The notes below the pieces were generated by a model, which worked only from the letters and a program-made list of their open reading frames with translations, made no database searches and was not told where the DNA came from. From an uncultured bacterium (GTDB lineage: Bacteria; Edwardsbacteria; AC1; EtOH8), in NCBI GenBank assembly GCA_963780225.1, contig CAWAAX010000009.1, forward strand, positions 32,001-96,000: DNA of 64,000 nt. Reading direction: 5' to 3'. Positions 55,574 through 64,000 of the stretch are shown in pieces. Within the stretch, counting starts at the first letter, position 1, and each line of letters opens with the position of its first letter. A program made the position numbers and the translations under genes.

Positions 55574-56431
55574 ATGCCCGTTACCAGTGAAAAAATAATG
55601 CAGCGTCTGCTGCTGGTCGTGGCCTTTTCGGCCCTTTCGGCCCTGCTGCTGATAGCTGTATTCATCATCAGCCAGGGGCTTCCCTTCATCTTCAGATATG
55701 GGTTGAGGGAATTCCTGTTCTCTTCCGTTTGGAATCCCCAGGCCGGCAAGTTCGGCATCTTTCCCATGGTGATCTCCACCCTGTGGGTCACCCTGGGGGC
55801 CATGGCCATCGGGGCTCCGCTGGGGGTGGCCGGGGCGGTGTTCCTGACCGAGTTTGTGCCCCGTTCGGTGATGAGCGTCATCAAGCCGGCCATAGAACTG
55901 CTGGCCGGGATACCATCGGTGGTCTACGGCTTCATCGGGGTGATGGTGCTGGCCCCGCTGATCCGGGACCATCTGGGCGGGCCGGGGCTTTCGCTTTTGG
56001 CCGGCTCCATCATCCTGGGGATAATGATCCTGCCCACCATCATCAGCATCTCCATCGACTCCATCATGGCGGTGCCCAAAAGCTACCGGGAAGGGTCCCT
56101 GGCCCTGGGGGCCACGGTCTGGCAGACGGTGCGGATGGTGACCCTGCCGGCGGCCCGGTCCGGCATCGCGGCCAGCATCATCCTGGCCATGGGACGGGCC
56201 ATCGGCGAGACCATGGCGGTGATCATGGTCACCGGCAACTCCGTCAAGATCCCGGGCTCGGCCCTGGAGCCGGTGCGGACCCTGACCGCCAACATCGCCC
56301 TGGAGATGGGCTACGCCACCGGAATGCACCGCCAGGCCCTGTTCGCCACCGGGGTGGTGCTGTTCGTGGTGATCATGATCCTCAATTTCAGCGCCAGTTA
56401 TGTGATGAGGCAGAGAAAGGCCCGCCGATGA
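55574..56431 (+). CDS. pstC: Permease PstC (system 2)
   Basis: ELLAGIPSVVYG, GRAIGETMAV, TLTANIALEM. Confidence 0.92.
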   Translation: MPVTSEKIMQRLLLVVAFSALSALLLIAVFIISQGLPFIFRYGLREFLFSSVWNPQAGKFGIFPMVISTLWVTLGAMAIGAPLGVAGAVFLTEFVPRSVMSVIKPAIELLAGIPSVVYGFIGVMVLAPLIRDHLGGPGLSLLAGSIILGIMILPTIISISIDSIMAVPKSYREGSLALGATVWQTVRMVTLPAARSGIAASIILAMGRAIGETMAVIMVTGNSVKIPGSALEPVRTLTANIALEMGYATGMHRQALFATGVVLFVVIMILNFSASYVMRQRKARR

Positions 56432-57264
56432 AAATGAATCCCAAACATACCCAGAAGGCGGCGGTGGCGGTGCTGGGCTCGGCCACCCTGCTGACCCTGA
56501 CGGCGCTGGTGTTCATCATCGTCTTCGTGCTTCAGAAGGGCCTGCCGGTCTTAAGCTGGTCATTTCTGACCGGGGCTCCCCAGGACATGGGCCGGGCCGG
56601 TGGCATCTTTCCGGCCATAGCCGGCTCGGCGGCATTGACAGTGCTCTCCGTTCTTCTGGCCGCGCCGCTGGGGGTGGGCACGGCGGTCTACCTGACCGAG
56701 TACACCCGGGAGTCGCGCCTGACCGCGGTCATCCGCTTCGGAGCCGACTGCCTGGCCGGCATTCCCTCCATCATCTTCGGCCTGTTCGGCTTCATACTGT
56801 TCGTGACAATCCTCAAGATGGGCTGGTCGCTGCTGGCCGGGGGACTGACCCTGGCCCTGATGATCCTGCCCACCATCATCCGGACCACCGAGGAGGCCAT
56901 CAAGGCGGTGCCGCTTTCCTACCGCGAGGTCAGCTATTCTCTGGGGGCCACCCGCTGGCAGACGGTGTACAAGGTGATCCTGCCCAACGCCCTGCCCGGG
57001 ATCCTGACCGGCGTGATGCTGGGGGTGGGCAGGGCTTTGGGCGAGACGGCGGCCGTCATCTTCACCGCAGGGTCATCGCTAAGGATGCCGGCCTCGGTCT
57101 TCGATTCGGTCCGGACCATGGCGGTGCACTTCTACCTGCTGGCCCGGGAGGGCATCTCGGCCGAGAACGCCTACGGCACGGCGGCGGCCCTGATCATCGC
57201 TGTGCTCTCGGTGAACCTGCTGGCCTATTGGATGATGAACCGGATGGTAGCCAAGAGGACATAA
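56428..57264 (+). CDS. pstA: Permease PstA (system 2)
   Basis: Starts MKMNPK overlapping the pstC stop; GGIFPAI, LAGIPSIIFGLFG, GRALGETAA. Confidence 0.92.
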   Translation: MKMNPKHTQKAAVAVLGSATLLTLTALVFIIVFVLQKGLPVLSWSFLTGAPQDMGRAGGIFPAIAGSAALTVLSVLLAAPLGVGTAVYLTEYTRESRLTAVIRFGADCLAGIPSIIFGLFGFILFVTILKMGWSLLAGGLTLALMILPTIIRTTEEAIKAVPLSYREVSYSLGATRWQTVYKVILPNALPGILTGVMLGVGRALGETAAVIFTAGSSLRMPASVFDSVRTMAVHFYLLAREGISAENAYGTAAALIIAVLSVNLLAYWMMNRMVAKRT

Positions 57265-58020
57265 ATGCCAGTAAAAATATCGATAAATAAATTTTCGGTC
57301 CATTACGGTCCGGACCCGCTTCTCCAGGAGATAGACCTGGAGATCCAGAGCCATCAGATCCTGGGCGTGATCGGGCCGTCCGGCTCCGGCAAGACCACCT
57401 TTCTCCGCGCCCTGAACCGGATGAACGAACTGCAGCCCGGCTTTACCACCAAGGGCCGGATACTGATGGACGGGGAGGACATCTACGGCCGGGACTATGA
57501 CGCCGTCAGCCTGCGCAAAAAGGTGGGGATGGTCTTTGCCATGCCGGTGCCGCTGCCCATGAGCATCCACGAGAACATAATCTACGGCCCAAAACTTTCG
57601 GCCGGCCGGGGATGGAAGCATGACGAGGCGGTGGTGGAAAGTTCCTTGAAGTCCGCCTTTTTGTGGGACGAGGTCAAGGACCGTCTGAAATCACCGGCCT
57701 TAAGGCTTTCCGGCGGCCAGCAGCAGAGGCTGTGCCTGGCCAGGACCCTGGCCCTGGAGCCGGAGGTGATACTGCTGGACGAGCCCTGTTCCGGGCTGGA
57801 CCCAGTCTCCACCGCCAAGATCGAGGAGGCGTTGACCATCCTAAAGGAAAGATATACCGTGATACTGGTCACCAACAACACCAAGCAGGCGGCCCGGGTG
57901 GCCGACCGCACGGCCTTCTTCCTGATGGGGAAACTGGTGGAGGAGGGAGCCACCCAGCAGATATTCACCGCTCCCAAGGACAAGCGGACCAGCGACTACA
58001 TCACCGGAAGGTTCGGCTGA
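57265..58020 (+). CDS. pstB: PstB-like ATPase with degenerate Q-loop and H-loop
   Basis: [42 protein letters not shown]. Confidence 0.9.
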   Translation: MPVKISINKFSVHYGPDPLLQEIDLEIQSHQILGVIGPSGSGKTTFLRALNRMNELQPGFTTKGRILMDGEDIYGRDYDAVSLRKKVGMVFAMPVPLPMSIHENIIYGPKLSAGRGWKHDEAVVESSLKSAFLWDEVKDRLKSPALRLSGGQQQRLCLARTLALEPEVILLDEPCSGLDPVSTAKIEEALTILKERYTVILVTNNTKQAARVADRTAFFLMGKLVEEGATQQIFTAPKDKRTSDYITGRFG

Positions 58021-58140
58021 GGGCAATCAAGGGCACTAATTTATTTTGCCACAGAAGGCACAAAGATCACAAAAAACGTAAGCCAAAATTGTAAATTAAA
58101 TTTGTGTTTTATGTGCTTTATGTGGTTAATTCGGTAATAC

Positions 58141-58899
58141 GTGATGGAACAAAAAATTGAAATAAAGGATCTGGACCTTTTCTACGGCAGTTTTCAGGCG
58201 TTGAAGTCCGTAACCATGCCGGTCTATGACCGGCAGATCACGGCTTTGATCGGCCCTTCCGGCTGCGGGAAATCCACCCTGCTCCGTTCCCTGAACCGGA
58301 TGAACGACCTGATCTCCGAGGTCAGGATCAAGGGCCAGGCGCTGCTGGACGGGGTCAACATCTACGGCAGGAACACCGACGTGGAAGGCCTCCGGAAGAG
58401 GGTGGGAATGGTCTTTCAGCGGCCCAACCCATTCCCGCTTTCGATCTACGACAATGTGGTCTACGGCTTAAGGGTGGCCGGAGTGAACGACAAAACAGTT
58501 TTGGACCAGACGGCAGAAAAAAGCCTTAAGGCCGCCTGGCTGTGGGACCAGCTCAAGGACAAGCTTCATCAGCCGGCCATCTCCCTTCCCCTGGACCAGC
58601 AGCAGCGGCTGTGCCTGGCCCGCCTGCTGGCGGTGGAGCCGGAGGTGATCCTGATGGACGAGCCCTGCTCCTCCCTTGATCCCATCGCCACCGCCAAGGT
58701 GGAAGAGCTGATGCTGGAGATGAAGAAGGACTATACCATAGTCATTGTCACCCACAACATGCAGCAGGCGGCCCGGGTCTCGGATTTCTCGGGATACATG
58801 CTGCTGGGGCAGATGATTGAATTCGGGGAGACCAAGACCCTGTTCACCAACCCCTCGCAGAAACTTACCGAGGACTATATTACCGGCCGGTTCGGTTGA
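58141..58899 (+). CDS. pstB: PstB-like ATPase with degenerate ABC signature
   Basis: [36 protein letters not shown]. Confidence 0.9.
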   Translation: MMEQKIEIKDLDLFYGSFQALKSVTMPVYDRQITALIGPSGCGKSTLLRSLNRMNDLISEVRIKGQALLDGVNIYGRNTDVEGLRKRVGMVFQRPNPFPLSIYDNVVYGLRVAGVNDKTVLDQTAEKSLKAAWLWDQLKDKLHQPAISLPLDQQQRLCLARLLAVEPEVILMDEPCSSLDPIATAKVEELMLEMKKDYTIVIVTHNMQQAARVSDFSGYMLLGQMIEFGETKTLFTNPSQKLTEDYITGRFG

Positions 58900-59026
58900 T
58901 GGTGCAATGAACGGTGGACAATTATGTATCCACTATCCAGTATCCGGTATTCAGTAAATCAATTTAGTGTATAGTGGCTACTGATTACTGACTACTAAAA
59001 TAGCAAACGTATTTTGAGGTAAGAAA

Positions 59027-59695
59027 ATGGAACAAAGACATTTTGACCGGGAGTTATTGGAACTGAAGGAAAAGCTGCTGTTGATGGCGGCCAAGGTGGA
59101 GCAGCTGATCAAGCAGTCCATAGAATCCCTGATGAAGAAGGATGCGGTGCTGGCCCAGTCGCTTTTTGCCCTGGACAAGGAAGTGGACAAACTGGAGATC
59201 GAGATCGAAGAGGATGCCATCGCGCTGATAGCCCGGCACCAGCCGGCGGCCGGTGACCTGAGGTTCCTGATCGGGGCCATCAAGATCAACAACGATCTGG
59301 AGCGGATCAGCGACCACGGGGTGAACATCGCCCAGAGCGCCATCCGGCTGGCCGCACAGCCGGAGCTGAAACCCCTGATAGACATCCCGAGGATGGCCGA
59401 GCTTTCAATCGGCATGCTGAAAGACAGCCTGGACAGCTTCGTCAACAACGACCCGGACAAGGCCCGGGCGGTGTGCAAGAGCGACGACCAGGTGGATGAC
59501 CTGAAGGACCAGATATTCAGGGAACTGCTGACCTACATGATGGAGAAGCAGGACTCCATCGGCCGGGCCATGGACCTGATCCTGGTCAGCCGGAACCTGG
59601 AGCGGGTGGCCGACCTCTCCACCAACATCAGCGAGGAGGAGATCTACATCTCCGAGGCCAAGATCGTAAAGCACAATGTTCAGAAGGGGAAATGA
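59027..59695 (+). CDS. phoU: Phosphate signalling protein PhoU
   Basis: QPAAGDLR, DLERISDH, DDQVD, NLERVADLSTNI. Confidence 0.95.
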   Translation: MEQRHFDRELLELKEKLLLMAAKVEQLIKQSIESLMKKDAVLAQSLFALDKEVDKLEIEIEEDAIALIARHQPAAGDLRFLIGAIKINNDLERISDHGVNIAQSAIRLAAQPELKPLIDIPRMAELSIGMLKDSLDSFVNNDPDKARAVCKSDDQVDDLKDQIFRELLTYMMEKQDSIGRAMDLILVSRNLERVADLSTNISEEEIYISEAKIVKHNVQKGK

Positions 59696-59884
59696 TTATT
59701 CGAGCAGTTCCTTGAGCAAAAATAAATTTCTTTGCGGCAGGTCGCTTAAAAAGGCTGGACTTTGGTCCGGCCTTTTATTATAATACCAAAGCCCGGAACT
59801 TTTCCGGGAGTAATAATCCATGATCCCGGGAAATATTCCTGTATTCATGGCTTCCTTATAAATAAATCCATCTCGAAAGAAAAC

Positions 59885-62041
59885 ATGCTTAGCGAACTTC
59901 AAATAACCCAGGTGATCACCAAGGAGCTGGGACTGCAGCCGTTCCAGGTCAGCAATACTTTGGAACTTTTCGGCGAAGGGGCCACCATTCCCTTCATCGC
60001 CCGGTACCGCAAGGAGAAGACCGGCCTGCTGGACGAGGTCCAGATCCGGGACATCCGCGACCGGTTCGATTACATCAAGGAACTGGACGAGCGCAAGGCG
60101 GCCATCCTGAAAAGCATAGAGGAGCAGGGCAAACTGACCGATGAGCTGAAGGCCAAGATCGAGGCCTGCCTGGTTAAGCAGGAGCTGGAGGATCTTTACC
60201 TGCCCTACAAGCAGAAGCGGAAGACCAAGGGCATGGTGGCCAAAGAAAAGGGTCTGGAGCCTCTGGCTTTGTCGCTGTGGCTGCAGGAGGGAAGTTTTGA
60301 CCCGCAGGCAGAGGCCGAAAAATACCTCAACCCGGAACAGGGGATCAACAGCGCCAAGGAGGCCCTGGACGGGGCCCGGTACATCATAGCCGAGCTGATC
60401 TCCGACGACGCCGAGGTCCGCAAATACCTGCGGGAGATCACCATGGCCAAGGGGATACTGGTCTCCCAGGTCAAGGACGAGTTCAAGGAACAGAAGACAA
60501 AGTTCAACCAGTACTACGAATTCAAGGAGCCGTTGAAGCTGATCCCCTCCCACCGCTACCTGGCCATCATGCGGGGGGAGAACGAGGAAGTGCTGAACGC
60601 CAAGGTGGAAGCCCCGGCCGAGGAGATCAACCAGTATCTGCTCAACAAATTCATCAAAGACAGATCCTTCGCCCAGTTCCAGTATTTAAGCGAGGTGATA
60701 GGGTTCGCCTACCGGATCTACCTGAACACCTCCATCGAGGTGGAATTGCGCTCGGAGATCAAGGAAAAGTCCGACGCCGAGGCCATCCGGGTGTTCGCCG
60801 AGAATCTCAGGAACCTGCTGCTGGCCCCGCCGGCCGGCTCCAAGGCCATCATGGGGATAGACCCCGGCCTGCGCACCGGCTGCAAGATAGCGGTGGTGGA
60901 TGAGACCGGGAAATTCATGGAATACTCCACCATCTTCCCCCACAGTTCGGCCTCCCAAAAACAGGAAGCGGCCAAGACCCTGGCGGCCCTGGCCAAAAAA
61001 TACAAGATGGAGCTGGCTTCCATCGGCAACGGCACCGCCTCCCGGGAGACCGACCAGTTCGTCCGGGAGGTGATCGCGGAGCACAAGGGGATCAAGCTGC
61101 AGCCGGTGGTGGTCAGCGAATCAGGGGCCTCGGTCTACTCGGCCTCGGACCTGGCCCGGGAGGAGTTCCCGGACCTGGATGTCTCGGTCCGCGGCGCCGT
61201 CTCCATCGCCCGCCGCCTGCAGGACCCGCTGGCCGAGCTGGTGAAGATCGACCCCAAGGCCATCGGGGTGGGCCAGTACCAGCACGACGTCAACCAGCCC
61301 AAGCTCAAGCAGTCGCTGCACGAGACGGTGGAATCCTGCGTCAACTTCGTGGGGGTGGATCTGAACACCGCCTCCTATTCGCTGCTGTCCTACGTTTCCG
61401 GCCTGAGCGAGGCCATGGCCAAGAACATCGTAAAATACCGGGACGAGCAGGGAGCCTTCAAGAACCGGAAGGAACTGCTCAAGGTGGCCAGGCTGGGGCC
61501 CAAAGCCTTTGAGCAGGCGGCGGGATTTTTAAGGATCCGGGACGGGGCCGACCCGCTGGACAACTCGGCCGTCCATCCCGAGAGCTACGCCATCGTCAAG
61601 CAGATGGCCAAGTACCTGAAGACCAAGACCGGACAGCTGGTGGGCGATCCCCTGCTGGCCGGGCAGATCGACCCGAAAAAATACGTCACCCCGGAGGTGG
61701 GCCTGCCCACCCTGAACGACATCCTATCGGAACTTAAAAAACCCGGGCGCGATCCAAGAGACAAATTCGAGCCGGCCAACTTCAAGGACGGGGTCACCGA
61801 GATCAGGCACCTTAAGCCGGACATGATGCTGGAGGGGGTGGTGACCAACGTGGCCAATTTCGGGGCCTTCGTGGACATCGGGGTCCACCAGGACGGGCTG
61901 GTGCACATCTCCCAGCTGGCCAACAAATATGTGAAGGACCCCAAGGAAGTGGTCAAGGTGGGCCAGCGGGTCAAGGTCCGAGTGCTGGAGATAGACCTGG
62001 AACGCAAGAGGATCGCTCTGTCAATGAAGGGAAATCAATAA
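59885..62041 (+). CDS. tex: Tex family RNA-binding transcription accessory protein
   Basis: GATIPFIARYRKE, DPGLRTGCK, ARRLQDPLAELVKIDPK, C-terminal S1. Confidence 0.93.
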   Translation: MLSELQITQVITKELGLQPFQVSNTLELFGEGATIPFIARYRKEKTGLLDEVQIRDIRDRFDYIKELDERKAAILKSIEEQGKLTDELKAKIEACLVKQELEDLYLPYKQKRKTKGMVAKEKGLEPLALSLWLQEGSFDPQAEAEKYLNPEQGINSAKEALDGARYIIAELISDDAEVRKYLREITMAKGILVSQVKDEFKEQKTKFNQYYEFKEPLKLIPSHRYLAIMRGENEEVLNAKVEAPAEEINQYLLNKFIKDRSFAQFQYLSEVIGFAYRIYLNTSIEVELRSEIKEKSDAEAIRVFAENLRNLLLAPPAGSKAIMGIDPGLRTGCKIAVVDETGKFMEYSTIFPHSSASQKQEAAKTLAALAKKYKMELASIGNGTASRETDQFVREVIAEHKGIKLQPVVVSESGASVYSASDLAREEFPDLDVSVRGAVSIARRLQDPLAELVKIDPKAIGVGQYQHDVNQPKLKQSLHETVESCVNFVGVDLNTASYSLLSYVSGLSEAMAKNIVKYRDEQGAFKNRKELLKVARLGPKAFEQAAGFLRIRDGADPLDNSAVHPESYAIVKQMAKYLKTKTGQLVGDPLLAGQIDPKKYVTPEVGLPTLNDILSELKKPGRDPRDKFEPANFKDGVTEIRHLKPDMMLEGVVTNVANFGAFVDIGVHQDGLVHISQLANKYVKDPKEVVKVGQRVKVRVLEIDLERKRIALSMKGNQ

Positions 62042-62057
62042 TACATAGGAGAATCAA

Positions 62058-63530
62058 ATGAGCAAAGTAATAATCATCGGAGCGGGCCTGGGCGGGCTGA
62101 CCGCCGGCAACCTGCTGGCCCGGAAAGGCCACCAGACCACGATCTTTGAATCCCACACCGCCCCGGGAGGTTATGTGGCGGGCTTCCGGCGCCAGGGTTT
62201 TTATTTTGAAAGCGGCACACTTTCCTTTGAGTCACTATCAACGGTTAAAAAGGCGATGAAACAATTGGGGGTGCTGGACAAGATAGAGATCGTTCCCCAG
62301 CAAACCCGTTTCGTGTCCGACCGTTTCGACATCACCACTTCCGAGACCTTCGCCGGTTTTAAGCAGGCCATCCTGGCCGCTTATCCCGAGCACCAGCAGA
62401 ACCTGAAGCGGTATTTTTCCGAGGTCGACAAGCTGATCAGGGCCATCGAGCCCTTTATGCTGCCCGACCCGCCCTGGACCTCGTATCTCCGGGGGGCGGC
62501 GGGCGGGGCGGAGGTGCTGCTTAAATACGGCCGGACCAATCTGGGCGATTTCACCGCAAAATATTTTGAACGCGACAGCGAACTTTTCCGGCTGTTCAAG
62601 AATTTCGGCTATCCCGACATGAGCGCCCTGATCCTGGGCGGGGCCATCATCAGCATCTTTTCCGATTACTGGACGATCAAGGGCGGCATGCAGTCCTGGG
62701 CCGACGCCCTGGCCCAAAGTTTCACCGGGCTGGGGGGCGAGTTAAAACTGGGAACTCCGGTGGAAAAGATAATCACCGAAAAGGGCCGGGCCATTGGTGT
62801 GGTATCGAAAGGTGTCAGCCATGGTGCTGACCATGTGATCTCGGCCTGCGATTACAAGAACACTTTCCTTAAATTGCTGGACGACCAATCACTGATCCCC
62901 GTCCGCCAATTGGAAAAGATCAAGAACACCCAGGTCTCCGAAGGAATATTCACCGTCTATCTGGGACTGTCCATAGACAACCGGAAGCTGGCCGAATATA
63001 TGAAGATCCCCCATGTCTCGCTGTTTGACGAGCAGCCCGGGGCCGACGTCCGCAATTCCAACGACCCCGACTTCTTTAAAAAATCATCGGTCAGCCTTTA
63101 CTCCCCGTCGCTGATCAATCCCGAACTGGCTCCGGCCGGGAAATCCTGCCTGATGCTGCAGATGGTATGCCCACACCGCTGGATGGACAACTGGGGCGGC
63201 GGAGACAGGGATAAATACAAAAACCTTAAGGAACAGGTAAGCCAGACCCTGATCAGCAAGGCCCGGAAACTGATCCCGGACCTGGAAAAGATGGTCGAAT
63301 TCAAGGGAGCGGCCACCCCGTTGACATATCAGCGCTACACCGGCAACACCGACGGGGCTACTTCCTCCTGGAGCTGGAATCCCAAGAACAAATTCCATAA
63401 AAGCATCCTGGGAACATTTGTGGAAACGCCGGTTAAAAATCTGCTGATAGGTTCCTGCTGGGCCATGCAAATCGGGGGGATCCCCGGGGCCATCAGCGCC
63501 GCCCAGCAATGCGTCAAGAGGATAAAATAG
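62058..63530 (+). CDS. FAD-dependent oxidoreductase, phytoene desaturase/all-trans-retinol reductase family
   Basis: IIGAGLGGL, GGYVAGFRRQGFYFE, KGGMQ, ATPLTYQRYTGN. Confidence 0.82.
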   Translation: MSKVIIIGAGLGGLTAGNLLARKGHQTTIFESHTAPGGYVAGFRRQGFYFESGTLSFESLSTVKKAMKQLGVLDKIEIVPQQTRFVSDRFDITTSETFAGFKQAILAAYPEHQQNLKRYFSEVDKLIRAIEPFMLPDPPWTSYLRGAAGGAEVLLKYGRTNLGDFTAKYFERDSELFRLFKNFGYPDMSALILGGAIISIFSDYWTIKGGMQSWADALAQSFTGLGGELKLGTPVEKIITEKGRAIGVVSKGVSHGADHVISACDYKNTFLKLLDDQSLIPVRQLEKIKNTQVSEGIFTVYLGLSIDNRKLAEYMKIPHVSLFDEQPGADVRNSNDPDFFKKSSVSLYSPSLINPELAPAGKSCLMLQMVCPHRWMDNWGGGDRDKYKNLKEQVSQTLISKARKLIPDLEKMVEFKGAATPLTYQRYTGNTDGATSSWSWNPKNKFHKSILGTFVETPVKNLLIGSCWAMQIGGIPGAISAAQQCVKRIK

Positions 63531-63634
63531 TTAAGGCGGACTTTTCAATCATAAAGACACCAGGGGCTTTAATTCGGGCAAATATATCTTAAAGGCGACC
63601 GGCGGATTGCCAATCAGAAAACACTCGATACTTT

Positions 63635-63669
63635 AAAATAGCCGGTCTCTCCAAGAGGCTGGCTATTTT
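63635..63669 (+). terminator. Hairpin terminator
   Basis: aaaatagccggtctct-cca-agaggctggctatttt. Confidence 0.65.
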
Positions 63670-63782
63670 CGGTTGGTAAATGTTCAACAAAACCTAAAAA
63701 ATATAATTATTTTACTTGACTTTAAAATCAATTTTTATTAATATTACACTGATATATAAGGTATTACCATATAATAGGTTTA

Positions 63783-64000
63783 ATGAAAAGAACCGTATCC
63801 ATAATAATAAGCGTGATATTGGCCTTGGCGGCTTTGGGTCTTACGGTGTTTGCCCTGCGGCAAAATCAAAAACCAGCAGGCAGCACCGCGCCGGACGAGC
63901 TTAAGACCCGCTCCGAGCTTATTGCCAAGAGCCTGGCCCGCAGTCTTTCCGACCCGGTGGCCAATGCCGACGATCTTTCTATGTCCGAACTGATGGCCCA
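63783..64000 (+). CDS. N-terminus of a membrane-anchored protein (partial; possibly a sensor domain)
   Basis: MKRTVSIIISVILALAALGLTVFAL...RSELIAKSLARSLSDPV, open to the window end. Confidence 0.6.
   Translation, partial: MKRTVSIIISVILALAALGLTVFALRQNQKPAGSTAPDELKTRSELIAKSLARSLSDPVANADDLSMSELMA

Noticed and set aside
55729..56427. N-terminal extension making a 511-aa PstA
   Set aside because: It overlaps pstC in another frame; the real start is the ATG at 56428.
1764..59884. Upstream ORF-track starts for pfkB (1764), aor (13950), rpsO (16901), pstC (51417), pstS2 (54642) and tex (59762)
   Set aside because: The extensions run through repeats, leaders or Pho-box regions; downstream ATGs match family N-termini and mostly have an RBS.
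62058..63530. Carotenoid biosynthesis (crtI)
   Set aside because: Family-level similarity only; no crtB/crtE neighbours.

Overview
GC-rich chromosomal window from an anaerobic diderm bacterium (LptD, porin, AOR). It is probably an FCB-associated candidate phylum such as Edwardsbacteria/TA06; this is an inference from the FlgD-Ig/T9SS-like C-terminal domain and gene content. The backbone is housekeeping: yggT-divIVA-punA-pfkB, ileS-dksA-lspA-lptD, ferredoxin-aor, dtd-rpsO-pnp, secDF, tRNA-Val and tex. Three regions stand out. (1) 25.5-39.1 kb: tdh, satP, acpS, an acetate-activating ligase, a stand-alone carrier protein and two kbl paralogs. This looks like a carrier-protein-tethered acetate/glycine/threonine pathway, interrupted by cargo genes bracketed by direct repeats. 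(2) 40.9-45.5 kb: a sigma54-type promoter, a wHTH ORF and a pilin/chaperone/outer-membrane-protein trio, in which the chaperone and OM protein share a near-identical C-terminal TPR tail. (3) 45.6-59.7 kb: a Pho island with phoBR, PHP, porin, two Pst systems and phoU; the second system has two PstB subunits with complementary degenerate motifs. Intergenic space holds several families of short-period palindromic repeats and REP-like hairpins. Single-base insertions in ileS and aor and a very noisy 26.9-28.2 kb segment suggest long-read or mixed-strain assembly errors. All calls were made by eye, with no database searches.
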